64,000 nucleotides of DNA from an uncultured Solirubrobacterales bacterium. GTDB lineage: Bacteria; Actinomycetota; Thermoleophilia; Solirubrobacterales; Solirubrobacteraceae. Shown piece by piece: positions 10,334 to 18,711 of this stretch. The stretch lies in contig CAVUMZ010000010.1 in assembly GCA_963742705.1 (NCBI GenBank), forward strand, positions 59,967 to 123,966, read 5' to 3'. Made by a program: the position numbers and the translations under genes. The notes under the pieces were generated by a model, which saw only the letters and a list, made by a program, of their open reading frames with translations, searched no databases and was not told the DNA's origin. The first letter of the stretch is position 1, and each line of letters starts with the position of its first letter.

Positions 10334-10360
10334 CGGCCGCCGGCCGGGCCCGACCAGCGC

Positions 10361-10380
10361 CCGCCGGAGACCGCCGGCGG
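10361..10380. terminator. GC hairpin between convergent genes (possible bidirectional terminator)
   Basis: CCGCCGG-agaccg-CCGGCGG, a 7-bp perfect stem, lies between the kinase stop (10333) and the small TM ORF stop (10419). No U-tract. Confidence 0.25.
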
Positions 10381-10418
10381 CACGCCGCATCCGATCACGC
10401 GAGGTCGGCCACCGGCGC

Positions 10419-10598
10419 TCAGGCCGCGGCCGCGCCGGTCAGAGCCGAGCCGAGCAGGGCGAGGCAGAGCACGAAGAGCAGGATCGCCAGCACGATCAGC
10501 AGCGTCCGGTCGATCCCCCCACCACGGCCCCGGCCGGGGCCGCGACCCGTCCCGGCGTGCCCGGCGGTCCGATCCTCCGATGCGGCGCCCGAATGCAT
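10419..10598 (-). CDS. 59-aa single-pass membrane peptide, hypothetical
   Basis: Hand translation: MHSGAASEDRTAGHAGTGRGPGRGRGGGIDRTLLIVLAILLFVLCLALLGSALTGAAAA*. GC3 is high. Its ATG overlaps the TGA of the upstream cyclase-like gene (TGATG). Below the ORF-track size cutoff. Confidence 0.45.
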   Translation of the reverse strand: MHSGAASEDRTAGHAGTGRGPGRGRGGGIDRTLLIVLAILLFVLCLALLGSALTGAAAA

Positions 10599-11191
10599 CA
10601 GTGCGCCTCCCAGTCGAGGCGGTAGAGCTCGTGCTCGCCGTGGACGCCGCGGAAGTGGACGGCGCCGCGCTCCTCGAAGCGCAGCGACGCGTCGCCGGCC
10701 GTGTAGTCGCGCACCGCGGCCGAGACGAGGATCTCGCCGCCGGCGGCCTGGTCGGCGACGCGGGCGGCGATCACGACGTTGCGGCCGAAGACGTCCTGAC
10801 CGCTTGAGATCACGAAGCCGGTGTGGACCCCGGCGCGCAGCCGCAACCGGCCGACCGGGGCGACCTCGAGCCCCGAGATCGTCCGCTGGAGTCCGATCGC
10901 GCAGCGCAGGGCGGCATGCGAGCTCGAGAAGCTGATCATGACGGCGTCCTGCTCGCCCTTGACGACCTGACCTTCGTGGCTGGCGGCGGCCGCCTCGACG
11001 ACGGCGCGGTGGTTGCGCAACAGCGCGGCGCCGGCGTCGTCCCCGAGCGCGGCCAGAAGCGCCGGGCAGTCGGCGAGCGCTACGAGCAGCAGCGTCACCG
11101 CGCCGTCGGGCGAGCTCATCGCCCCGACGGGGAAGTCGGCGCCGCCGAGGGCGTCGGCGAGCACGTCCAAGGAGGTGGGCTCTCCGGCCAT
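10598..11191 (-). CDS. Stand-alone class III nucleotidyl cyclase homology domain with a substituted catalytic Asn
   Basis: Start at MAGEPTS (ATG 11191, overlapping the upstream stop as TGATG). It aligns by eye to the cyclase core: VTLLLVALADCPAL (for FxDxxGFT), GEQDAVMISF (for GDxxMxxF), GVHTGFV and GRNVVIAARV (for GDTVNxAxR; the Asn is replaced by Val). Confidence 0.7.
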   Translation of the reverse strand: MAGEPTSLDVLADALGGADFPVGAMSSPDGAVTLLLVALADCPALLAALGDDAGAALLRNHRAVVEAAAASHEGQVVKGEQDAVMISFSSSHAALRCAIGLQRTISGLEVAPVGRLRLRAGVHTGFVISSGQDVFGRNVVIAARVADQAAGGEILVSAAVRDYTAGDASLRFEERGAVHFRGVHGEHELYRLDWEAH

Positions 11192-11844
11192 CAGTAGGGG
11201 GGCAGCTCGCCGTACCAACGGCCGAGCAGGCGGAAGGCGGCCCAGAACGCCCGCTTGGCGCGCTCGTCGTCGAGGGCGGTGTCGATGTTGGGGACGTAAA
11301 GGGCGGCCATCGACGGAGTCAGCTCCTGAATCTCGCCCGGATCGGCCTCGAGCTGGCGGCCGAGGGGCAGCTCGAGGTCGTTGAGCACCTCGAGCGCGTC
11401 CTCGCCCATGACGACGACGATCTTCGGCTGGACGATGGCCAGCTCGTCGAGCACCCGGGCGATGCAGGCCGGGTCCGACAGGGCGGTGTCGGGCACGGGG
11501 CACTTGATCGCGAGCGTGCCGTAGACGGTCAGGGGGTCGATGTCGAGCCGGCGCAACGACTTCATCAGGGCGTTGCCGGACCGCCCGTAGAAGGCGACGC
11601 CCTCCTCGATCTCGGCCGGCCGGGGGGCGTACTTGAGCAGGAAGATGTCGGCCTGGGGATGCCCGGAGCCGAGCACCGGCGTCAGGGCCCCGCGGGGGCA
11701 GCCGGTGCAGCCCTGGATCTCTCGCGTCAGCAGGTTCAGCTCGCGGATCGCGCGCTCTAGATACTTCTCGCGGATCTCGTCGTCGATGGCCGGCATGCGC
11801 CCGATCTCTTTTGACCGGGGGTCGGCTTGTCCTTGGCCGTGCAT
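11191..11844 (-). CDS. Uracil-DNA glycosylase superfamily protein (family-4-like Fe-S scaffold) with non-canonical catalytic motifs
   Basis: Four Cys sit at family-4 positions (GCTGC, AIKCPVP, DPACIAR). Motif A reads LKYAPRPAEIEEGVAFYGRSG instead of GEAPGxxEDxxGxPFxGxxG. Motif B reads LYVPNID instead of HPS/HPA. Alternative start at ATG 11796 (MPAIDD). ATG 11844 overlaps the upstream stop (TGATG). Confidence 0.7.
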   Translation of the reverse strand: MHGQGQADPRSKEIGRMPAIDDEIREKYLERAIRELNLLTREIQGCTGCPRGALTPVLGSGHPQADIFLLKYAPRPAEIEEGVAFYGRSGNALMKSLRRLDIDPLTVYGTLAIKCPVPDTALSDPACIARVLDELAIVQPKIVVVMGEDALEVLNDLELPLGRQLEADPGEIQELTPSMAALYVPNIDTALDDERAKRAFWAAFRLLGRWYGELPPY

Positions 11845-13760
11845 CAGGACTTGCGCATCGCCCGGCGCACGCGCCGCTCCCGCCGAGCCCGGCGGGCGCC
11901 CGGGGGCGTGGCCTTGGTTTCGAGGAACTTCAGCGCCTGGACGTACAGAAGACTGGTCGGCTTGGTGACGATGTCGGCGTCGCGCAGCGACTCGAGGAAC
12001 TCGGTCGGCCCGTCGAAGTCGCGCATGCGGATGCGGACCGAGCCGAGGCCGGCGGCGACGTGCGAATCCGAACCGGCACCGGCGATGATCCGGTACTTGG
12101 CGGCAAACCGAGCCGCCTCCTCGTTGAACGATCCGATCGCCACCCGGGGATTGAACACCTCGAGGGCGTCGACATCGTCCAGGATCGTCAGCAGGTGCTC
12201 GTAGTCGGGCACGGCGTGCATGCGGTCGAACGGGTGCGGGACGTAGACGAGGCCGCCCTGGGCCTTGATCTCGGCGACCGTCTCGGCCAGCGTCAGGCCA
12301 CGGGGGATCTTGCGCTCGAGGAAGAGGCCGATTACCTCGCCCTGGCTGGCGGTCTTGACCTCCTCGGCGACGATCACCTTGATTCCGACGGCCTTCGCGG
12401 CGGCCTCGAGCGCGCCGGAGACCTCGTTGTGGTCGGTGATCGCGATCGCGCCGAGGCCCTGCTCGACCGCCGTCGCCAGCAGCACCTCGACGGGCGTGGC
12501 GCAGTCGGGCGAGTGGTCGGTGTGCATGTGCAGGTCGACGTCGATCAGCGGCCGGCCGGAGATCCGCCGGCGCACGTCCGGGTCGCCGGCGGTGTCACGG
12601 CGGCGGGCGGCGACCGCGCCGTAGACGGCCTCGAGCTCGCCGGCGACGCGGTCCCAGCCGAGCTCGGCCCGCAGCGGCCGGGCGGCGGCGCGCAGGCGGT
12701 CGCGCAGCGACCGGTCGGACAGAAGCCGGCCGAGCTGGGCGGCGAGCGTGTCGACGTCGCCCGGCTCGAACAGCAGGCCGCGCTCGCCGGTGGCGAGCAC
12801 CTCGTCGTAGACCGGCGTGCGCGAGGCGAGCGGGACGGCGCCGGCGGCGATCGCGCGCAGCAGCAGGTCGGGGGCGGGGCCGGATCCGTCGGAGGCGCAG
12901 ACGAGCACGTCGACCTCGGCGAGCAGGGCGTCGCGATCGAGCTCGGCCGGGTCGACGAAGCTGACGCGGTCGCGCAGGGAGGCGCGGAGCTGCGCCGAGG
13001 ATCCGCGCGCGGTGACGACGGTCGCCCGCCAGCCCTGCGCTTCGGCCTGGCGGCGGAGGCCGCGGAGGAAGAGCCGCATCGCTCCCCGCTCCTCCTCGTC
13101 GAAGTACGCGATATGGACCGGCTGCTCGTCGACGGATTCCGCGGAGCAGTCCCTGGTGGTCGCGGGCTGGGCGCCGGGCAGGATCACCCGGTAATCGGCC
13201 GGGAATTGGCGGGCCATGATCGCGGCGGTGGCGGCGTAGCTGGCGGTGCGGGCGTCCAGGCGGCCGAAGAACAACTCGACGAAGCGGCGGGCTACCTGGG
13301 TCGAGACGAGCAGGTCGTTGGGGACGTGGAAGCTGCCGATGTTCAGCGAGCGCGAGTGGCGCAGGGCGGCGCTGGCCAGGCTTGGGGCGAACGGCTCGTG
13401 GACGTGGACGAAGTCGAGCGGCACCAGGGTCAGGAGCTCCTCGACCGTGCGGGCGACATCGACCGGGAGCCCGGCCTGGCGGCGGGCGGTCGGGCCGGGG
13501 ACGGCGATCACCTCGCCGGCGGCGAACAGCGAAGGCTCGCCGCCGGCTTCCCCGAGTAGCGCCGCGGGCCGATCGCGGGCGGTGCTCAGGACCTGGCGCG
13601 AGGCGCGCACGAGGCGCGGCGACTCCGACGGGGCGACGATGACGACGCGGTGGCCGCGGCCCGACAACTCGGCGGCGACGCGCTCGACGTAGCGGTTGAG
13701 CTCCGAGCGCATCTCCCACGGGTGGGGCGTCACCTGGGCGATCGAGAAGCGCGGCTCCAT
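11844..13760 (-). CDS. Fusion protein: PimA-like GT4 glycosyltransferase (N-terminal) plus PHP-family metal-dependent phosphoesterase (C-terminal)
   Basis: 638 aa. The N-terminal part has LDFVHVHEPFAPSLASAAL and GSFHVP (compare PimA FDVLHIHEPNAPSL) and a GT-B C-lobe (LFEPGDVD). The C-terminal part has DVDLHMHTDHSPD, IAITDHN, EEV, VYVPHPFD and GSDSH, the PHP metal-ligand pattern. Confidence 0.85.
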   Translation of the reverse strand: MEPRFSIAQVTPHPWEMRSELNRYVERVAAELSGRGHRVVIVAPSESPRLVRASRQVLSTARDRPAALLGEAGGEPSLFAAGEVIAVPGPTARRQAGLPVDVARTVEELLTLVPLDFVHVHEPFAPSLASAALRHSRSLNIGSFHVPNDLLVSTQVARRFVELFFGRLDARTASYAATAAIMARQFPADYRVILPGAQPATTRDCSAESVDEQPVHIAYFDEEERGAMRLFLRGLRRQAEAQGWRATVVTARGSSAQLRASLRDRVSFVDPAELDRDALLAEVDVLVCASDGSGPAPDLLLRAIAAGAVPLASRTPVYDEVLATGERGLLFEPGDVDTLAAQLGRLLSDRSLRDRLRAAARPLRAELGWDRVAGELEAVYGAVAARRRDTAGDPDVRRRISGRPLIDVDLHMHTDHSPDCATPVEVLLATAVEQGLGAIAITDHNEVSGALEAAAKAVGIKVIVAEEVKTASQGEVIGLFLERKIPRGLTLAETVAEIKAQGGLVYVPHPFDRMHAVPDYEHLLTILDDVDALEVFNPRVAIGSFNEEAARFAAKYRIIAGAGSDSHVAAGLGSVRIRMRDFDGPTEFLESLRDADIVTKPTSLLYVQALKFLETKATPPGARRARRERRVRRAMRKS

Positions 13761-13836
13761 CCAGAGCAGAGCATATGGTCAGCCGTCGGCGGCGTTGCGC
13801 GGCGGCGGCGCCGTCCGTCCGCCGGCGCCCCGGGGC

Positions 13837-14406
13837 TCAGCCGATCCGCAGCGACGCGAGCAAGGCGCGGTACTGCGCCGGCGGGGTCGTGTGGCTGCCC
13901 TTGATGATGTAGCCGAGCACGTAGCCGGCGTGCCTGGCGCCGATCACGCGCAGGAAGAACGTGCCCTTGTGGCCGCCGATGCCGGCGATCAGCGCGTCGT
14001 GGGCCGGGAAGCCCTCATATGTCGTCGTCACCTCGTCCGCGACCTGCCCGCCGGACGAGCTGGCGGCGCCGTTGATCGTGCTGGCGATCGCCGCGTCGTC
14101 GAGCGTCGTCGCGATGGAGCCGACCTCGGTCGCCGCGTCGCCGTGGCGGGAGAGGTAGAAGACGAGCTTGACGTCAGAGCCGGCGTACCGGAACGACGCC
14201 GCGAGGCGCTGCGGCTTCCCGGGCAGGACGCCGACCGACAAGCCGCGACGGCGAAAGCTGACGAGCCCGGACCCGCTCGGCAGCCCGGCGTAGGCCGTCG
14301 GCAGGCCGGCGACCGGCTTGGCCTTGCCCCCGCCCCCGCCCCCGCACCCGGCCGCCGACACAACGAGCGCGACGACACCGGCGGCGAGACGAATGTGTAG
14401 CGGCAC
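13837..14406 (-). CDS. Lipoprotein, hypothetical
   Basis: A GTG at 14406 gives VPLHIRLAAGVVALVVSAAGC-GGGGGGK, a signal peptide with a lipobox Cys. The ORF track's ATG at 14490 would add 28 non-signal residues. Confidence 0.6.
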   Translation of the reverse strand: MPLHIRLAAGVVALVVSAAGCGGGGGGKAKPVAGLPTAYAGLPSGSGLVSFRRRGLSVGVLPGKPQRLAASFRYAGSDVKLVFYLSRHGDAATEVGSIATTLDDAAIASTINGAASSSGGQVADEVTTTYEGFPAHDALIAGIGGHKGTFFLRVIGARHAGYVLGYIIKGSHTTPPAQYRALLASLRIG

Positions 14407-14493
14407 GACCGACCTTCCGTTCGTAGGGCCGGGGTGGCGGGACCGGGGCGAAATGCCCACGCGGTCCCAGCGCCCGGCGCTTGCAACCACGGC

Positions 14494-15678
14494 TCAGTCG
14501 GCGAGCGCCTCCGCTGAGGTCGGCGCCGCGGCCTTCGTGCCCGGCTTGCCGCCGTACTGGGCGATGAAGCCCTCCGTCGCCGCGCGCGCCTGGTCGTCGG
14601 GGCGCTGGTTGTGGGGCGACTTCATCAGGTAGGAGCTCGGCCCGTCGATCTGGCCGCCGAGGCCGTGGTTGAGCGCCAGCTTGCAGCAGCGAACGGCGTC
14701 GATCACGATGCCGGCCGAGTTCGGCGAATCCCAGACCTCGAGCTTCAGCTCCAGGTTCAGCGGCACGTCGCCGAACGCCTGGCCCTCGACTCGGATGTGG
14801 GCCCACTTGCGGTCGGTCAGCCACGGGACGTAGTCCGACGGCCCGATGTAGACGTCCTCGGCCGGCAGCTTGTGGTCCATGATCGAAGTCACGGCGTTGG
14901 TCTTGGAGATCTTCTTCGACTCCAGCCGCTCGCGTTCGAGCATGTTGTAGAAGTCCATGTTGCCGCCGACGTTCAGCTGCGAGGTGCGCAGCATCTTCAC
15001 GCCGCGGTCGGCGAACAGGCGCGCCAGCGTCCGGTGGACGATCGTCGCCCCGACCTGCGACTTGATGTCGTCGCCGACGATGGGCAGGCCGGCGTTGCGA
15101 AAGCGCTTGTCCCAGTAGTCCTCGCGGGCGATGAAGACCGGGATGCAGTTGACGAAGCCGCAGCCGGCCTCGAGCACCTGCTCGACGTACCACTTGGTCG
15201 CCTGCTCGGAACCGACCGGCAGGTAGGAGACGACGACGTCGGTGTGGGTGTCCTTGAGGATGCCGACGATGTCGGCCGTCTCGCCCGGCGCCTTCTCGAT
15301 CTTCTGCTTGAGGTACTTGCCGAGCCCGTCGTGCGTCATGCCCCGGTGGACGGTGACCCCGGTCTGGGCCGGTACCTCGGCGAACTTGATCGTGTTGTTC
15401 TGGCCCGACCAGATCGCCTCGCCCAGATCCTTGCCGACCTTCTCCCGGTCGATGTCGAAGGCCGCGGTGAACTCGATGTCGCGGATGTGGTAGCCGCCCA
15501 GGTCGACGTGCATCAGGCCCGGGACCTGGAGGTCGGCGTCGGCGTCGCGGTAGTGGTGGACGCCCTGGACGAAGCTGTTGGCGCAGTTGCCGACGCCGAT
15601 GATCGCCACCCGGACCTTGTCCGGTTGATAGCGCGACGCGCCGTTGCTGCTGGAAGCCTTGCCGTTGGTCTTGCTCAC
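14494..15678 (-). CDS. ino1: myo-Inositol-1-phosphate (inositol-3-phosphate) synthase
   Basis: 394 aa with a GTG start. [18 protein letters not shown] Rossmann start, then [27 protein letters not shown] and NVGGNMDF are typical of bacterial/archaeal MIPS. Confidence 0.95.
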   Translation of the reverse strand: MSKTNGKASSSNGASRYQPDKVRVAIIGVGNCANSFVQGVHHYRDADADLQVPGLMHVDLGGYHIRDIEFTAAFDIDREKVGKDLGEAIWSGQNNTIKFAEVPAQTGVTVHRGMTHDGLGKYLKQKIEKAPGETADIVGILKDTHTDVVVSYLPVGSEQATKWYVEQVLEAGCGFVNCIPVFIAREDYWDKRFRNAGLPIVGDDIKSQVGATIVHRTLARLFADRGVKMLRTSQLNVGGNMDFYNMLERERLESKKISKTNAVTSIMDHKLPAEDVYIGPSDYVPWLTDRKWAHIRVEGQAFGDVPLNLELKLEVWDSPNSAGIVIDAVRCCKLALNHGLGGQIDGPSSYLMKSPHNQRPDDQARAATEGFIAQYGGKPGTKAAAPTSAEALAD

Positions 15679-15753
15679 GTTTGGGTGATCCCTTCTTGAA
15701 TGCGTTGCCTCCAGCTACACGACTGGCGACGTTCGATTACACCCGCGGGGTGG

Positions 15754-16317
15754 TCAGGCCGAGATGGAGAGCGCCTTGCGGACGTGGATGATCCGCTGGA
15801 GCACCGTGATCGCGCTCAGCGCCGCCAGCACGTAGACCGCGGGCTCGAGCAGCGTGAAGTTCCCCAGCGACGCCCCGCGGGCGAAGACGAGCCCGGCTGA
15901 CAGGATCACGACGCGGACCGCCCGGTTGGCGATGCCGACCTTGCACTCGACGCCGAGCGCCTCGGCCCGGGCCCGGGTGTAGGAGACCATCAATGACGCC
16001 AGCACGGCGATCACGACCGCCGCGGTCGCCGCCTGATCCTGCTCGCGGACGAACTGGATCGCGACCGCCGTCAGCACGATCCCCTCCTCGCACCGGTCGA
16101 GCGTCGAGTCCAGGAAGGCCCCGAACGGCGTCCCCTTGCCCGACATCCGCGAGTAGCGGCCGTCGAGCGTGTCCATGATCGAGCCGACGATGAAGGCCAC
16201 GCCGCCGAGGAAGAAGTACTGCTGCCAGACGAGCACGGCCGCGACGACGTTCAGCGCCAGGCCCGTCAGGGAGATCGCGTTCGGCGTCAGCCGCGACTCG
16301 ATCAGCAGGCTGCGCAT
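15754..16317 (-). CDS. CDP-alcohol phosphatidyltransferase (phosphatidylinositol-phosphate synthase-like)
   Basis: The motif DTLDGRYSRMSGKGTPFGAFLDSTLD matches DGx2(A/S)Rx8Gx3Dx3D, and the protein is multi-TM. Start at ATG 16317 (MRSLLIES). An alternative GTG at 16386 overlaps the upstream stop (GTGA). The rest of ORF 15754..16899 is out of context. Confidence 0.85.
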   Translation of the reverse strand: MRSLLIESRLTPNAISLTGLALNVVAAVLVWQQYFFLGGVAFIVGSIMDTLDGRYSRMSGKGTPFGAFLDSTLDRCEEGIVLTAVAIQFVREQDQAATAAVVIAVLASLMVSYTRARAEALGVECKVGIANRAVRVVILSAGLVFARGASLGNFTLLEPAVYVLAALSAITVLQRIIHVRKALSISA

Positions 16318-16382
16318 GGTCGACCGCGAGTCGCCCCCTCGAGCCGGGCGCGCCGGCGCGCGGGGCGGCGCTTCGAGCGGGC

Positions 16383-17153
16383 TCACGTGGCGCCGACCGG
16401 CCGGCCGAAGTTCCAGGCCTGCGGGCGCAGCCGGCCGAGCCGGCGCGCGACGTAGGCCGAGAGAGCCGCGGTCAGCGCGCCGAGGATCGCGTCGGCCAGG
16501 AAGTGGTTGGCGGTGGCCACCGTCACGAAGGTGATGATGAAGGGGTAGCAGAACCAGAACGCCCGCACCACCCGGTGGCGCGTCAGCCGGGCCAGCGGCC
16601 AGCCGAGCATCAGCGCGAAGGCGACGTGCATCGACGGGATCGCCGCGTAGGGGTTGAACAGGGCGTTGACCGACGCGGTCGTCGCCGGGACGCCCGTGAA
16701 GTCGGAGACCGAGTCGAAGAAGCCCCACTCCGGCAGGAAGCGCGGCGGCGCGGTGGGGAAGACGAAGTAGCCGACGAGCGCGACGCCCATCGCCACCATC
16801 AGCATGTTGCGCACGAAGTAGAAGCTCCGGTTGTGGAACATGTACAGGTAGAGCAGCACCCCGATCAGCACCGAGCTCTGCGCCGTCAGGTAGAGCCACG
16901 TCGCCGCCTCCATCAGCAGATGGCTGCCGGCCGCCCAGGTCTGGACGCTCGGCTCGACGAAGAAGTGCAGTGTCCGCTCGACGCCGATCAGCTCGCGGGC
17001 GTGCTGGAAGGCCACCGCGGTGCGCGAGTCAGCGAGCCCCCGCACGACGCGGTAGAGCATGTAGGCGCCGCCGAACAGCAGCAGCTGGCGGACGATGTCT
17101 AACCAACCGTGCGGCAGGACACGCGCCCGGATTGAGCCGGGTCGGATCAGCAT
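16383..17153 (-). CDS. PAP2 superfamily membrane protein (PAP2_3 / AUR1-inositolphosphotransferase-like)
   Basis: 256 aa, polytopic. AIPSMHVAF (C2-like S-x-H) and ATANHFLADAI (C3-like Hx3D) match the PAP2 catalytic motifs in the arrangement seen in PAP2_3 proteins. Confidence 0.7.
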   Translation of the reverse strand: MLIRPGSIRARVLPHGWLDIVRQLLLFGGAYMLYRVVRGLADSRTAVAFQHARELIGVERTLHFFVEPSVQTWAAGSHLLMEAATWLYLTAQSSVLIGVLLYLYMFHNRSFYFVRNMLMVAMGVALVGYFVFPTAPPRFLPEWGFFDSVSDFTGVPATTASVNALFNPYAAIPSMHVAFALMLGWPLARLTRHRVVRAFWFCYPFIITFVTVATANHFLADAILGALTAALSAYVARRLGRLRPQAWNFGRPVGAT

Positions 17154-17168
17154 CGGAGAACCGGGATC

Positions 17169-18494
17169 CTATCCTGCGCCGCGGCCGCGATCACCAGTCG
17201 TGGCCGCCGACCCCACCGGCCCGGCCCCCACCGCCCGCGCCGGGCACGCCCGATCCTGCTCCGAAAGGATTCCGCCGGCGAGCCGGGCCACCACGCGCAC
17301 GCGCCCCGGCCCGGCGGCGGTGACCTCCGTGAAGCCCCCCGGGCCCGCCCGCACGCAGCCGCTCCAGTGGTCGCTGTAGCGCAGCCGCACCAGGCTGGTC
17401 CCGGCCCGGGCGAAGCGCAGCGTGAACCCGTTCGGTCCGAGCTCGGTCAGCGTCGCCGGCGCCGTGGCCAGCGCCGTCGCGCCGACGACGGCGTAGACGC
17501 GCCAGTGGGCCAGCCGCGCGACCGGCCGCAGGTATGGCTGCCCCGCCCTGATCAGCGCCGCCTCGGCCCGGGCCGAGTAGTCGAGCTCCGCGTCGGGCAG
17601 CGCGACCAGGGAGACCGCGGTCGACCGCAGCCAGGCCCCGTAGGCCGCGGCGCTCAGACGCGGGCGGTAGAAGAGCGGGTTGTCGGCGATGTCGAGCTGG
17701 CGCTCCCAGCCGCGCGCGAGGGCGACGTGCACGGCCAGCAGCGCCGCCTCCCAGTGCTGGCGCGTGAACGGGACCTCGATCCGCCCGGGCGCCCGGCCGG
17801 CCAGATAGCGCTCGAGCGGGGCGTAGTAGGCCGCGCCGGTCGACGGATCGCCGGCCGCGGTGACGACGTCGCGGATCGGCGCCTGCAGCTGCCAGTAGGC
17901 CAACGGCAGGACGAGCACGGCGAGCACGCGGCGGTCGCGGACCGCGAGCACGGCCAGGGGACCGGCGAACAGCGCGCCGAGCCGCACAGCGTTGCCGCCG
18001 ACCGGGGTGTGCAGGACGAACGCCGCCACGCAGACCAGCGCGTAGAGCGCGGCGGCCGGGCGCAGCCGCGGGGCGGCCGCGGCGAGGATCGCGATCAGCG
18101 CGAGCGCCGGCCAGAAGCTCGAGGCGGCGAACGGCTCGTAGCCGGGGGTCGGGAAGGCGAGCCCGAGCGCCGCGGCCGGGATCAGCGCCGCCAGGGCGAG
18201 CGGGAAGCGCCGCTGGGACACGGCGGCGAGGCCGAGGAAGGCCCCGGCGAGCGGGCTGGCGAGGCCGCTGAGCGCGGCCAGGATCAGCGCGGCCGGCGTC
18301 CGGCCGTGGCGGGCGGCCAGGAGCGCCCCGAGACCGATCGCCACGCCCAGCGTGAAGGCCACGCGTCCGGAGCCGAGCGAGATCCCGATCCCGGCGGCGA
18401 ACCACAGCGACGCGGCCGGGCGCTCGACGAGGCGGTCCCACAGCGCGGCGGCGGCGACGGCGGCCGTCGCGGCCAGCAGCCGCGCGCCGAGCAC
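17169..18494 (-). CDS. Polytopic membrane protein with C-terminal extracytoplasmic domain (putative GT-C-type glycosyltransferase); N-terminus uncertain
   Basis: A 441-aa ORF from GTG 18494 with about 9 or more hydrophobic helices and then a soluble C-terminal domain. The same frame stays open with high GC3 and a protein-like sequence (..LIWRPPSADLAAALYRVGQFSRDGFVLYDPQWYAGYDPLGYSLLLGPLGS) for about 80 codons upstream. There is no ATG, GTG or TTG in that stretch. Confidence 0.7.
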   Translation of the reverse strand: MLGARLLAATAAVAAAALWDRLVERPAASLWFAAGIGISLGSGRVAFTLGVAIGLGALLAARHGRTPAALILAALSGLASPLAGAFLGLAAVSQRRFPLALAALIPAAALGLAFPTPGYEPFAASSFWPALALIAILAAAAPRLRPAAALYALVCVAAFVLHTPVGGNAVRLGALFAGPLAVLAVRDRRVLAVLVLPLAYWQLQAPIRDVVTAAGDPSTGAAYYAPLERYLAGRAPGRIEVPFTRQHWEAALLAVHVALARGWERQLDIADNPLFYRPRLSAAAYGAWLRSTAVSLVALPDAELDYSARAEAALIRAGQPYLRPVARLAHWRVYAVVGATALATAPATLTELGPNGFTLRFARAGTSLVRLRYSDHWSGCVRAGPGGFTEVTAAGPGRVRVVARLAGGILSEQDRACPARAVGAGPVGSAATTGDRGRGAG

Positions 18495-18711
18495 GGAGCC
18501 GAGCGGGCCGAGCAGCAGGCTGTATCCGAGCGGGTCGTAGCCGGCGTACCACTGCGGGTCATAGAGGACGAACCCGTCACGGCTGAACTGTCCGACCCGG
18601 TAGAGCGCGGCCGCGAGATCGGCGCTCGGCGGCCGCCAGATCAGGTAGCCGGCGGCGATCGCCGCCGCCAGCCCGGGCCCGGCGGCCCATGCCGGGACAC
18701 GCCGGAACGCG

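Noticed and set aside
15712-15760. Plus-strand ACGACTGGCGACG..CCGCGGGGTGG between ino1 and the CDP-alcohol transferase, reminiscent of the ZTP 5' subdomain.
   Set aside because: No plus-strand gene lies downstream, both flanking genes are on the minus strand, and there is no 3' CCUGGGC partner. Most likely a chance match.
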